Positions 25,521-39,734 of a DNA stretch of 64,000 nucleotides are shown one piece after another. The position numbers and the translations under genes are program-made. Where the stretch lies: NCBI RefSeq assembly GCF_009914755.1, contig NC_060930.1; one strand, given 5' to 3'. Below the pieces are notes generated by a model that saw only the letters and a program-made list of their open reading frames with translations, was not told the origin of the DNA and ran no database searches. The stretch is from the human T2T-CHM13v2.0 reference genome, Homo sapiens. The stretch's first letter is position 1, and each line of letters begins with the position of its first letter.

Positions 25521-25818
25521 TTTTAAAATACCAATAAAACATTGTATAATGAATAGTCTATTGCCTGGAACTAATATTGAAAGAAAACATTCCATCGTTA
25601 GCTGGGTTTGTACATGAATCTCTGCTTCAGAACGTCAGCAAATTGAGTTGGACCATATGGCCTATGCTAAACAAGGCCTAAGGGGTTCTCTCTTCCACTA
25701 ACTAAAAGGTGGATAATACTACCAGTTACCAAATGGATCTAAAAACAAAGAGAGGAAAGTATTAGTTCAGTTTATGGTTCTGCAACATTGATGGAATATA
25801 ACAACAAGAATAGAATCT

Positions 25819-26165
<347 letters not shown>

Positions 26166-28400
26166 TTAAAATGTGGGCAAATCAACATCTTGATATCCCC
26201 AGAGAAGGGAAGTAAGCTGTGTTAGAAAGAAGAACCTGGAGAGGTTCCTCTCCTTAGATGCTTATGCTTAAAAGAAAAGTAAATCAGTTTGTGTGTAACT
26301 TAAAGATTCATACTATATTAATTTCTCATATATCTGGATAAGGCTTACTCTATTTAGATTGGGGCTAATGGGTTTTAAGTGTTATTTCACAAAGGGGCTT
26401 TACACCTAAAAACAAAACCAACCATAAGTGAAAAACTAGTTATTTAGAAGGTGTTTGGATAAAATAGCAATATAAATGTGAAGCAAAAAGGAAAATCATA
26501 AGAAATGCAGAGTGGAAAAATATATGCATAGTTGAACTACAACATTTAAAATTTTTCATACAGGCCATTTCATTCAAATGAAGAAACATATTCATAATTT
26601 GTACTGTGAGTGACAACATCCATCAAGGTTAAGTTTGGCCAGGTTCTTGGCTATTGCATACTAAGAGATTTTAATCTCTACATGTTTATAGATATGGTAT
26701 CAAGAAGTGCTCACTGATGAAGAGTCATGCTTTGGGCAGTTTATAGAAAATTAGTTATTATTATGGATGGAATGCATCCCTGGGGAAAAAAGGAGAGCAT
26801 TGAGACAGAGGAAGGTAGTCAGGAACTTGTGGAATCTTCACAACAAATCACTGTGAATGCAAAGTACTCATATGAAAGAGAGACTTGTCATTTTTGACCC
26901 AACTTTGAGTTATAGATTATCTTCTCCAACATGCCACATGACATGTATGTATAGTGTGGTTTAATTTTATCTTAAATGAAAGATGTACACATAAACTAGC
27001 CATTGAATATAAAACAACAAAGTAATTTGCAAATTTTCCTATGGCATAATAAATTAAGCATGGAAAACACTAGGAATGCAATTTGCAGTCATTTATAATG
27101 CAGTGTTTTATGTTAATAATTCAAAATCACATGCTATTTGGAGACACTTCTAATTAATGTATTTATGAAATTGTCAACTGTGACTGTTTTGGTTCCATTT
27201 AGCTAAACATTTCAACAGAATTTGCTTGTTGTCATTTAGTGTTTGCTTGATGGCACCAGCAACATCAAATGTAAGATAATGGAAGTTGACTGTGCTTTTT
27301 TTTTCCCCACATTGTTAAAGCTTCTTTCTGATCACACCTCTGAACAAGTTAAGCCAATGCCTGCCTCTCCTCCAGTGCCAAATTGAAATGCTTGAGATGC
27401 TTTGTTTAAAAGTTTGAAGTGAAAGAGAGACAAGTGCCTGAATCAATATAATTAATTGAAGAGGCAAGTTCATACCTTGTTAAAGTCTTTTAAATATTAA
27501 ATACATTTCATATCTCAAATCCATAGACACTGGCATTTCTTTAGAGTGGATAATCATGCCTGTTAGGGGACATTTCTTTATGTTCTCATCTTTATTTGGA
27601 TGGGTTTGAATATGAGGAGAAGGCTAAATATTCATAAGTTGGCATGTAGCATGTAGAAGTTATGACAATTGGAATTTGACCAAGCAAAGTTTAATCCTCC
27701 TGAGGGTATTTTAGTAAAACTAAAGAACAAAACAACTTCAAGACCAAGAGTAGTTAATGCAGGAATTCAGAACTGACTGTCATGGTATTCTGTAAATTCA
27801 TAATAAGGAAAATGCTGCTGGCTTTCTTGCTCTATATTCAGGTGAGTCAAATATTAATTTCCTAGTCTTGGAAATTCTGTGAGATTTTGTATGACCTGAG
27901 TAGAATTTGATGTACTCTTTTTTCTCACCAAGAGAGGAGGCATTTTCCATCTTTCACTTGGATCACTGATGTGGCCTGAATTGGACAGAATAATTCAGAT
28001 TATGAGTTCTATTTACATTGTACACTATTGTCACTCACTTGACAGCATGGGGGAGTAGCTGCTGGACAGCACCAAGCTTAATCCCTAATAACCTAAAATT
28101 GTCACATGTGGAAAAGAGATAGAGAGGAAACTGCAAAATGGCCTGGTAGGTCAAAGTTATCATTTTCATATCTAAAACCTACTTCTGATTATACAATGAA
28201 ACCAGAACACTGAATAATGTGACATTGGGGAAAATATATTATATTGATGATTGTAGAAAGATTCAAAATATTAGATAACCTTAGGTTAAAAGGATGTTCT
28301 AGTTTCTGAATGGAAAACAAATTATGTTATAAATGCACATGGACAGGATTTTGGACCATAGAATGTTCTTTTAAAATTGTGAATTTAAAAATTCATTCTA

Positions 28401-28611
28401 AACCTGGGCAACCTAGCAAGACCTTGTCTCTAAAAAAATGTAAAAAAAATAGCTGGGCATGGTAGCATGTGCCTGAAGCTACTCAGGAGGCTGAGGTGGG
28501 AGGACCACGTGAGCCCAGGAGTTCAAGGCTGCAGTGACCTGTGATATCACCACTGCACTCCAGCCTGGATGATACAGTGAGACCTCGTCTCTAAAGAAAT
28601 AAAAATAAAAA
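28401..28611 (+). mobile_element. 5'-truncated AluJ
   Basis: cctgggcaacctagcaagacc...caggagttcaaggctgcagtga...gagacctcgtctct + A tail; degenerate TSD taaaaattcattct / taaaaagtgattct. Confidence 0.9.
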
Positions 28612-31600
28612 GTGATTCTGGTGTTAAAGAAAGGAAATAACTTAAAAATATTAGAATGCAACAGGGACAATGAGAAAATTTTAATATTTAGCAAAAATTT
28701 AATAATAAAATGTTAATCTAGAAAAATATCAAGATAATAAGTATATTTTCATGCCTTAAAATTATTAATTATCAAAGTTACCCTATAATGTTTTAACTGT
28801 CACACACATACAAATCTGAAAATCCTTGGCTTTTACATTTTAATTTATCTTTTTCCTCCATAAAATAACTAATTTAATTTTAAAGAACCTAAAAGTGTTT
28901 TTGTGTTTTCTTCAGATTTTTAAAGAAATTTATGTGGGGTCTAAAACTAGAATGAAATGTTAGGAACTTCAAATTGGTTTAGTGACAGAAATTTTTCTAC
29001 AATGCAGAAATTAATAAGAAGATGGGGTTGTTTATTCTATAATTTCTAATTCTAATACCATTTGTCCTTAATATATATGATAAAAAGTGAAATTTTTGGG
29101 AAAATAAGGATAGGCAGATAATAGAAGAGAACACTGGGAAAATGAAGTGAAACCAGGGATAGAGTTAGAATATAAAATGAATATGTATCAAACAGTGAGT
29201 AAAGAATGTAGCTTTAAACTTAGTAGAGTCAAAAATAAAAAATAAAATATTTACAGTTAGAATATTTTCAGTGTCCATATAAACAGATGAGTTAATCTAG
29301 AGAAACCCAGCATTACATTACATTTCAAAATGTTTCCTGTGATTGCTTCTAAAGGAAGCTCTGTGTAATGTAGTGATCTATGTTTGCAATCACACAACAA
29401 TAAATACATTAGCTGTGTGTTTGCATGCTAAGTCGTTCTTCAGTGAAGCCTGATGGGAAAATCGCGAGGTTGTAAGATGATATGTGGCTGCCTCAGTTTA
29501 CTATAAAAACTGATTTTATTGTATTTTTCTCAAATGAAGGTTTCTCAAAATCATTTCCTAATTAACAGTTGCATTTTTAAAAAGTTTATTAAAGTATATT
29601 TTATGCTGGGACATGGCAGGAAGTATAAGCTTAATTAAAACATATGTTTACATTTGGACTTGGAAAATATATTATTTAATATGGACTAAGTGAAATTAGA
29701 GCTATACAAATGGCGATGACAAGGAATTTTATATTCATAAGATAGCTCTGGAAAAAAATTCAGAATTTTAACTCTTTCATGTTATAAGGGGATTAATAAC
29801 TAATCCTTTAAGATCCAAGTAAACAAAAATTACAAAGTTAATTATTTATTACCATACAGGCGTGACTTATTTCTTAGTCTAAAACAATGCTTTTCAAACT
29901 TTAATATGCATAAGAATCACTTGAGAAGTTTGTTGAGAGTAGCAGAGTAGAGGGAATCTACTCCTAGAAATTTTGTATTGTTGGTTTAGGGAAAGACTGA
30001 AGAATTTTGATGTAGAAATCTAAGAACCACACTGGAAAACCTGTCAAATAGATAAATTACTTTTTCTAAGGAACTCAGAAAAGTTGACAAATTTCTTTCC
30101 TTATTGAGATTTCTTTCCCATAAAATTGTAGTTTTCCAACTCAGCATTGGACATCTCTTTGTCCAGTGGAAATTGTGCCAGTGATTTTTGTCATTGAATT
30201 CCATGCTTAGGAAAGCAAGGTCTACTTGTTTTTGACCTTGCCTAAAATTCACCACTCATCCTCCCTCTTGTTATAAAGAGAAACAGACAGTCAAATCCTG
30301 ATCCCAGATTAAATGACTTAAAGCCAAAACACTCAGAAAACAGAGTATAAAGTCACTCTTGCCGCCAGTTTTCTTTGTGCCCCTTACAATTCCTTTCCCT
30401 GAACACAGTGGTTACTTGCCCTACCTCCTTTGGCCCCAGATCAATGTACTGGTGCTCTATTATCTGCTGACAAATTTTGCTGGTTACATGTGTCTTGCAT
30501 CCGAGGCTCTCTTGCTCCTGAATTACCAATGTAGACTAGTCCACTTGTCTGCCAGATTACCATTGCTGCCTTTTGGAACCTCTGTCTTTTTGATTGTTCA
30601 TTCTCTTCTCAACATTTTCACTACAACGTTTTCCTATTGTCTGTTACTGAACCTTCAAATGTCTTGCTCCATTGCTTGACTGGACCTATGTCCATCATTG
30701 GCAACTAAATCAGGTGCCCTAGCGCCTTCTGTAGGACAGTGGGGATAACTAATTCCAGATCCTGACTCCACTGTTTTCAGTTTAACGCAGTTAAGCCTGT
30801 CTGCCTGCATTTTCCAGATTACTATTTTTCAAACTCATCATGTTGAATGAAAGAAGCCCCACACCAAATAGTATATATTGTATTATCCCATTTACATAAA
30901 GTTCAATATCAAGCAAAACTAATTTCTGTGGATAGAAATTAAAATTATAGTTACATTGGGAGGGAAGTAAAGATTGACAAGGAAGTTTGTGCTGATTGGC
31001 TTATTAAAGATCAATAATAATGTGTCATATATTTGTTTCAAAACATGTATCTCCAAATATTGTTTGAAGCAGTGGTTAGGATTGAGGAAATGCAATTTCC
31101 TCAATGGGCTAGTTATTGCCCAATGAGCTAGTTACATAAATGTAAAGAAAGTTCTGGGACAAGAAGGGCAGCTGACTTTAAAAGGTTCAAAAAATTTCAC
31201 CCAGTAAAGTTGAAAATCAGTATTCTGGGTGAAAAAGTGAACCAAAATAAGGGATCAATTCTGCATTGGAGATCTCTTTACTTATGTTGTTATGAAAACT
31301 TTACTGAGCCTGAAAAGCTTAGATTTAATACTAACAGACTTCTGGATTCTTTTTATAAATTGAGGCATGCAGTACATTCAGTAAAATATACAAATCTTGA
31401 GTGCACAGCTTTACAAATGGTTACATGTAGATGTACCTGTGTAACTTTCACCTACATCAAGATGCTACACATTTCCATGTCCCCAGAGTTTCCTGGTGCC
31501 CTTTCCCTATCAGTGATTCTCTTCTCTCTAACTATTTCGACTTCTATCCCTCTCGGTTAGTATTACGTGTTCTTGAAGTTCCCATAAATTGACTCAGACA

Positions 31601-32561
31601 GCATTATTCTTTTCTATGGTGGGTTTTGTTTTCAGATTTATTCCCCAACCAGAGATTTTCCCATGCATGTCATCACTGGGTCTGGGCTTCCCTGGCTCAA
31701 GTTCTTCAGAGATCTTACTTCTTCTCCTGCAATGTAGGGTAGAGATTTTTGCCTTCTATATTGAATGCAGATGGGACCCAATTTCCTTTCACAGGCTTTC
31801 ATACAATCCTCTGTTTTAACCCTTCCACCTACCATGGCTACAGATGTCTCCAATTTCTCAGTTTCTCTGGAACTCTGTTGGTTGAATCGGTCTGCTTCTT
31901 ATCACTAATAGGTAATCTATTTCTGTTCAACCATTATTTCCCTGAAAATTTGCCCACAATTTTACTTTACATTAAATATGATAGAGAAGAAGGATTTCTG
32001 GACAAAGAATTAGACAATGTGGGTATTAGCTGTGGTTCTTCTGTTGACTAGCAAAGTGACCTTGGGCAAATCATGTAGCTACTCTGGTTTGAAATTTGTA
32101 GTCCTCTGGTTTGTAACCTTATATTACAGGATAGTGCTAACAGTGAAAGAAACTTGTGACTTATGCAAGGTAACATTGCTACTAAATGGCAAAGAACCCA
32201 AGTCTATCTGACTCTATGTACTATGGTAGTGGAATTCAGGATGTTATGGATTTTCTATTGTTGCTGTAATATTGGCTGCTCAGTAAATGAAATATGCTAT
32301 TTTGAAAAGAACATAGTTGGGATGAGGAAGTTAGACTAGCATATATATTCAAGGATTTTTCTATCACATTAGTCCATAATTTATGAAATTTATGTAACTT
32401 TCTTTCTTTCAATGAAAGCTTCTATTTGGTCAGTTCATATGTCCTTAAATTTCATACTTCCAATTACAACTCTTATTGTTTCCTCCACTGAAGCCAAGTC
32501 AGTTTACCTGTAATCTCTCACAGACATGTCTATTCTTAAATTCCTGAAGTACTTCTAAAGG

Positions 32562-32890
32562 TTTATTTAATTTTTTATTTTAATTTTTGTGGGCACATAA
32601 GTATATGTGTTTATGGGTTACATGAGATATTTTGATATAGATATTTTGATATTTGATATTTTGATATTCTTATTGTCCTTCCCTTCATACAGTGCATAAT
32701 AATCACATCAGGGTAAATGGAGTATCTATCACCTCAAGCATTTATCTTTTCTTTGTGTTACTAACAATCCAATTATACTCTTAGTTATTTTAAAATGTAC
32801 AATAAATTATTATTGACTATAGTCACCCTGTTGTTCTGTCAAATACTAGATCTTATTCAGTCTAACAGTATTTTTGTACCTGGTTAACAC
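32562..32890 (-). mobile_element. L1MA-type 3' end fragment
   Basis: tttttgtgggcacataagtatatg...catgagatattttgat...aataatcacatcagggtaaatgg...tattgactatagtcaccctgttg. Confidence 0.85.
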
Positions 32891-32924
32891 AGGTACCCTT
32901 GACCCTTCCCAGCTCCTGGTAACC

Positions 32925-33298
32925 TGCCCTGTGCCACCCCAGGCAGCTGCTCCTTGCATCCTGGGCCCTCTGGCTCCAGCCTCAGCTCAAAGGGCACCAG
33001 ATACAGCTGGGGCCACTATTCCAAAGGGCACAAGTGGTAAGCCTTGGTGGCTTCCATGTGATGTTAAGCCTGTGGGCATGCAGAGTGCAAAAGTGAAAAA
33101 GGCTTGGCAGACACCTGCCTCCTCCTTCACCTTCTTCCTTGATTGTTACCTCCCTGAGGCTTCACCAGAAGCCAAGCTGATGTCAACACCATGCTTCCTG
33201 TAAAGCCTGTGGAACTATGAGCCAATTGAACCTCTTTTCTTTATAAATTCCCTAGTCTCAGGTATTTCTTTATAGCAATGCAAGAATGGCCTAATACA
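32925..33298 (+). mobile_element. MaLR (MST-like) internal fragment joined to the 3' half of an LTR
   Basis: aagccttggtggcttccatgtgatgttaagcctgtgggcatgcagagtgcaa (internal), then ccctgaggcttcaccagaagc...cctcttttctttataaattccctagtctcaggtatttctttatagcaatgcaagaatggcctaataca (LTR end). Confidence 0.85.
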
Positions 33299-33784
33299 GG
33301 CCACTCCTAAAAGCAGCCTTTTTTGGGAATATGCAGGGCTTGAAAAATTCAGGTTAGCTGTTTCTTATACAATTTTTTAAAAATGTTCTTGACAATGGTC
33401 ATTTAAGTTTCAGTGTTCAGGAACTTACTACTTCACAAGTAGCCCAATGCAGTTGTGGGAAGTGCTACCAACCTTATAATTTGTCCACCAGTAACTTTCT
33501 AATCTATTATTTATAATGCAAGATGAGAATAAAGTATTTTTAGTGGCCAGAATCAGAGAAGGAAAGACACCATCTTAGTTTAAGAAAATATTCTCTAAAG
33601 CAATTTAAGTGTGGAAGGTGAATATGTTCTGCATTTTAAAAAATCTGTAAGAACTGGAAGTTCAGTGAGAAATAACAGGAAAGAGAAGAGGGAGAGGAAG
33701 AGTTTATGGGTGGGAGGTTCTTATCCAAGGATTTGGACTAGCACAGGACAATGGTTACTGGGCTGTGCAAGAACCAGTGTTCAA

Positions 33785-33802
33785 CAGCGCCACCGTGTGG
33801 CA
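33785..33802 (-). promoter_or_regulatory. Candidate CTCF-binding motif
   Basis: Minus strand TGCCACACGGTGGCGCTG vs core CCACCAGGTGGCGC (12/14). Confidence 0.5.
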
Positions 33803-34371
33803 GCCTTAGAATCACTTGTGGAACAACAGATTAGTTGCAGTTCTCTTTCTTCCCGTGGTACTTGGAAGCAAGAATTAAACCTTTGGGATAGATTGTGTGA
33901 ACCCAGGTTTGTGAAATGCCATTAAGGGGAGAGAAAGCTAGGAAAGAGTGGACTTTGAGCAGAAGATACTAGACTTCCATTTTTTAGAAAGTAAAAGCGG
34001 TTTTACCTTCTCAGTCGTTATGTTGGTGAAGTAAACCACTTTTCAGACATATTCAAGCAATACTTTTTCCATTTCCAAAGCACCTTTACTTAGAATACTC
34101 CATTATTCCTATGGTTTTTGTCAAGACATATTTAAGTTTGTCATTGCATGCTTAGATTATAAAAAGTTTGACAAACAACATGCAGATACTGATTCCCCTG
34201 TGCTGGACATACACTTCTATTCCCACTCACCACTTCCCAAGATGAAAGCCCATTCTTTTTATGTTTTTTTTTTGTGTCTCATTTATGTTTGAGAATTTTC
34301 ATTTGTTTGTGTTTAGCATTAGTTCAGTCTCTGTTGTTTTTCTATGTCTTTAAACAAATAATTACACATTA

Positions 34372-34672
34372 TTTTTCTTTTTTTTTTTTTAAACAGGGTC
34401 TGTTGGCATTGCCCAGGCTGGAGTGCAGTGGCATGATCTGGGATCATTGCAACTTCTGCCTCCTGGGTTCAAATGATTCTCCAGCCTCAGCCTCCTGAGT
34501 ACCTGGATCACAGGTGCATGCCACCATGCCCAGCTAAATTTTGTATTTTTTTGTAGAGATGAGGTTTCGCCATGTTGCCTAGACTGGTCTCATACTCTTG
34601 AGCTCAAAGTGATCTATCCACTTCGGCCTCCCAAAGTGCTGGGATTACAGACATGAGCCACTGTGCCCAGCC
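34372..34672 (-). mobile_element. Alu (J/S-age)
   Basis: Full dimer on minus strand; degenerate TSD tacacattattt / tacacttattt. Confidence 0.93.
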
Positions 34673-34768
34673 TACACTTATTTAATAATTATAGTAGTTC
34701 TATGAGTTGGCAGAATTTTTTTTAACATTTTCAGGTGTGTTTCCTCTGTCACAAAATGAGGGTATGTT

Positions 34769-35101
34769 GTGTGCTGTTTGATAGAAATGCAATATGAGCT
34801 ACAAATGCACGCTACATAGGTAGTTTAAATTTTCCTAGTAGCTACAGCTTTACTAAAACAATTTAAAAAGCAGACAGGTGAAATGAATATTGTAATATAT
34901 TTTCTTTAACCCAGTATATTCAAAATATTATTATTTCAACATGTGCACGAACTAATATAAATATTATTAATGAGACATTAGTTTTCATATTCTTTTACAC
35001 TAAGTGTATTTTATACTTAAAATATATCTGAATTTGCATTAGCCACATTTCAGATACTCAGTAGCCATAAACAGCTTGTAGCTACTGTCTTGGCCAGTGC
35101 A
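34769..35101 (+). mobile_element. MER33-like hAT (Charlie) MITE
   Basis: gtgctgtttgatagaaatgcaatatgagctaca...ttttcctagtagctaca...tagccacatttcagatactcagtagcca...ttggccagtgcag. Confidence 0.75.
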
Positions 35102-36309
35102 GTTCTAAACAATCGATCTCTAAAGAAAATTAAGATTAATGTTGAACATTTTTTAATCTACTAAACCTCTACACAGCTAATACAGTGCTTTGTGAACTAT
35201 TCTTATTGTCCTTCCCTTCATACTTTTAACACCTGCACTTAAAAGTGCCTTCCTGTGTTCTGGTTTCTTAAGAGCTCTTTCTTCTTTTTTCTTCTGGGAT
35301 TATTTACAGTCACACAGTCAAAATTTCATATAGCAAAACCTCCTTTTGCATGCAAGTGACATTCTACTATATGGTCTCCTATCCATGGCACCATTTCTTT
35401 TTTTTTTCCGGTAAACTCCCTGAAATAGATAATCTAAAATGTAGGGTACGTGTCTGTCCATTTCATATTAATGAACCAATTCTTCCTTGTTCATCTGTAT
35501 CTTACCTGTAACGTCCCTCTTGCTCCCTCCATTTTCTGAAAGATGTAATTGTCAGCAAGACAAGCACTTATCAGATGCTCTACTTATAGAAGAAGGAGAC
35601 TCCAGTAGATACCCTGATAGTAGAAGTGCCCCATTTTTTTATCTTACTTCTGTGCCAGTTTCATAATTTCTATTACAAAAGTGTTATCTTGTAACCTTTA
35701 TTTGTCTGGGTTAGATGAGAAATCTCTCACAATTATATTAGTTTTCTCCTGTATGCTCAAGGAATTGCTCAGTTGGTGAATTTGAACAGAAGTGTAGAGT
35801 CTTTGATATACAAAGTTTTCTTCCTCCTCTTCCTTCCAGATTTGTGACTGTTCAGACATAAGTCACACACCATCAAATATCAGCAGCACATCCCAAATTT
35901 CACCTGGAGGCCATAGGAATCTTACCATTTAAATCCCTAATTTTGTAAGATTAGGTCACTTAGGTCCAGAAAGCTGACTTCATGCTCATATACCTGACAC
36001 TACTGAGACTCTCGACAGTTGTTTGTTAAAATTTAAATTCACTTTGTCAACCTTATAATTTTTATCAGTTGGTAGACACCTAAGACCAAAATCTTGCCTT
36101 TAATTTATATCTATATATCTATATCTATATATATAACATTTTGACTTGAAAGTGCCTTGGCATCACCTCTATTTTGCTAGTTCTTCCTTTGCACCATAGT
36201 AAACCCTTGATAATGGAAAATGAATGTCACATCTCTTCACTTCCATAATATTTAATTTTATATGAACTTTTTCTTCCCACCTAAACGTTCTTTTCAAAGT
36301 CTTGGTTAT

Positions 36310-36600
36310 GTCAGAGTAAAAGTGGTCTTTACAGTGGCCCAGAAAGTACTATGCCATTCCCCATCCTCTGACCTTACCCACTGCCACTCCCCTCCTTACT
36401 CAATCAGCTTCAGCTACCCGGGCCTCCCTGCTGTTCTTCAACACACCAAGAACACTTCAGCTTCAGGACATTTGCACTTGGAGTTGCCTTTGCCTGCAAT
36501 ATTCTTCTCATAGATATCTAGATAGCCACTTGGCTTGCTTCATCACATTCTGTCTCTAATCCATCCTATGTAAACTAGAAAACACCCTCTCCTATCCCCT
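36310..36600 (+). mobile_element. LINE-2 fragment
   Basis: ggcctccctgctgttcttcaacacaccaagaacacttcagcttcaggacatttgcacttg...tgcctgcaatattctt. Confidence 0.75.
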
Positions 36601-37105
36601 GCATTTCCTCTCAAATCCTGCTACATCAAGAGCTAAATCAAGTCCCTCAAAAACTGTTTTGTCGACTTCTGGCAGTTGCCACTATAACCACTGGAGATTA
36701 ATTCCCATCCAAGAAGCTGAGCCTCCGACAGAGTCCATGTTGGTGCCTCACTGTCCTCATCTCCCCACCACTCAACTCATTCTTCAGAACTTGTTCTTCC
36801 TAGATGCACTTCCATCTCCCCCACAGAGCATTTTAAATTTTCCCACTTCGTCATCATTGCAGAGTTTTGACTGACGGGTGATGACAAATTTCTTCAAAGA
36901 CGTTGATTTTTATGCAGGGTCTATGCTTTATATTTTAAAAGTAAAAAGCCCATTAAGAAAGCTTTCTAGGAATGAATGGAGATCTGCCTAAGTAGTTATT
37001 CAAATGTAGATGGGATAAAAATGGGAATATATACAGGTATGATCTTTTATTTTACTTCACTTTCTAAAGGAGAGTCTTTTTTCCTTTTCTCTTTCTTTTT
37101 TTCTT

Positions 37106-37142
<37 letters not shown>

Positions 37143-38564
37143 CTTTTTCAGCTTTCTGGACCTTTCTTATGCTGAGCACATGGGGATAGAATTGCAAAAA
37201 GACAAAGGGACTCAGTTGACCTCTCTAAGAAGAGGTGAGGAAGAGGGAGTAGCAGGTAGATAGCCAGTAACAGATGGCTGAGGAATGAGGAGTTTGGGGT
37301 ATTTAGACTGATATAAAACAGCTGCAGGACAGAGTGGAGTTTTAGGATAAAGGAGATAAGATGATGTTCAGAATTCAAAGTGTGTGTGATATTAAGTCTC
37401 ACTCTGCCTCCCATGAAGAAACTTGTGGTGTATCAGAAATCCTCTTAGCCTAGACGGGCTGGACAGGCAACTGGTTGATTTATTTAAAAATACATAATTA
37501 TTGTGGGATTAAAAATGATTTATGTAGGAGTTTTATTTTAATTGAAAGTACATACTTTGAGGTAGGACCAAGGCCTATTAAGTCAATTTGAGTCAGTCTG
37601 ACAAAGATATCTGCATCTTACTTGCATTAACTCTACCCACAATAATTTTAATTTTAATTTTCTTTAAAGTAGAGCATGTCCTTAGGAGTACCCTATGAAG
37701 TAATTTAAGGGCATAATTTAAGTAATAATTATGTTTTTTGTTTAATAATTATGTTATAAATAGCTAATTTAAGTAATAATTATGTTTTTCATAAAATCTC
37801 TGATTTTAACAGTTGTCTCACCCACACCAACTAAACAATAGTTTAAGTGATTTTCAAGTATTCTAAAGCATTCAAACTTGTTTTATCTTTTTAAAATACA
37901 ATCAATGACTCTTTCTTTTCACACTTCTCATTTCATTGGTTTATCTAATAATAAATTGTGTATTTGCCAAAACAAGCACAACTGGTGTGAGCCAGTCTGG
38001 GCACAAACACTGCTGACTCTACCTAAGCAGAGAAATTTAACTGTTGGTAGCAGAAATATGTCAGTACCAAAGAGTCAAATAGCTCTTTCTCTGCAGGTAT
38101 CCAGAATGTCATGGTTATCATACAGTTTGATATAAAGAATGAAAAGCATCCCAGTCACTTCAATGCTTCTTGGAGTCTAACTTGTGTTTCTTTTAGAAAG
38201 AATCAAATTCAAGTTCATCCTGTATAATTAAAATTACACAAATCTCCACTGCTTATAACATAGAGGATTGTGTAAGGCTCGGAGTCTATCTTTACTAGGT
38301 TTTATACTTGCCATCCAGGTTTCAAATGTCTTAGGGCTAACTTTTGCAAAACACAAATTACTGTTACATTCCATACTGCCACCAGTAGTCATAAGAAGAG
38401 ACATGAAGATGATAAAAGAACTATTTCCTCTTATGCTTTAACTCCAGGCATAATTGTCTTTTTCATATTGCACTTTGATCTTTATATAACTACAAGTCTT
38501 TCTCATGTTTCCTGTAAATGATTTTTGAAATGACTTGTCTTGTTATCATACTAGTTCTGGGGGC

Positions 38565-38795
38565 GATAGCATGGTTTAATAGATGGAGTTAGGCAGACAG
38601 AAATTTGGATTCCTGGAATCGTAGCTCTGTGATGTTGGGCAGTTTGATTAAGCTTTGTTATCCTCACCTTCAAAATAGGTGTTAATATAAGCCATATCAT
38701 AGAGTTGTGAGAATAAATGACACAATATTTGTAAAGGAGCTAGCACAGCGCCTGGCACATAGTAGGCATTTCCATCCAGGCTAACTATCATTAGC
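38565..38795 (+). mobile_element. MIR
   Basis: gctctgtgatgttgggcag...gagttgtgagaataaatgacacaat...gcacagcgcctggcacatagtaggca. Confidence 0.8.
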
Positions 38796-39734
38796 AACTA
38801 CTGTCTTTCTCAGTTTTCATTCTATCCCAGGGATGATGTTATCACTCCTCAATATATTACTATCGTAACTCACTGTTCTTTGAAAATTACATCAGCGATA
38901 TAACTAGAAGAAGTCATATGGGGCAAGCAGAACAAAAGATGAGATTGAAGACATGAACCCAGCCTCTATTTCTGACTTCTTCAAGTAAACCACTTGAATA
39001 AGAACATTTATTCTTATTCAGCAAAAACATTTTGATGACCTGATTTAAAAGTATCAGTGAAGCAATGCCTTACTTTCATATCCCTATATGATTTATATTT
39101 TTGTTTTGATATTTTTACTCTGTACAGTTTAAGTGTCTCCTCCATTCAATTGATTCCATTTGAAAAGATGGTTTATTTTAAAGGAAAGTGCTTGGGTTGT
39201 AAAAAGGGTCTGCACTACATCAAACACATCTCCAAGGCCAGTGTAGAGTGCTCCTCATAGGCATTAAATAAAGCTTCAAACAGGCTGCATTACTGGGCTC
39301 ACGCAGCTTGTACTCCACAGCCAGTTTCAATTTCACTAAAAGGAAAGAATTGGTAATTAATTATCTAGGCCATGTAATGAGTTTCCATTACTTGGAATTC
39401 AATAAAGCTCTTTCATTGTGACCAGGCTGATCAATAGCACTGAAGGGTTAATAGAAACCATAGATACAGCTGGGATAATAGAATGGCTATAGGAAATTAG
39501 GCTGGGTCCCTGAAGCACTCTTTCTTCTCTCTAGGGAATGGAAGCTGCTCAGTAGTTCCTTTTTTTAGAACACTCTGTGAGGCTTTGTGAAATGAGTAGG
39601 CTATTGTGTTACTGCACAAGCTAATGGAAATTACCTTTACAAAATCCATATGCTCTTGGAGCTGGAATGGCTTTGGAGATTATTTAGTTATGTTACTCAT
39701 GGATCATCATGCCTTTCAGTTAGACATTTTTTTT

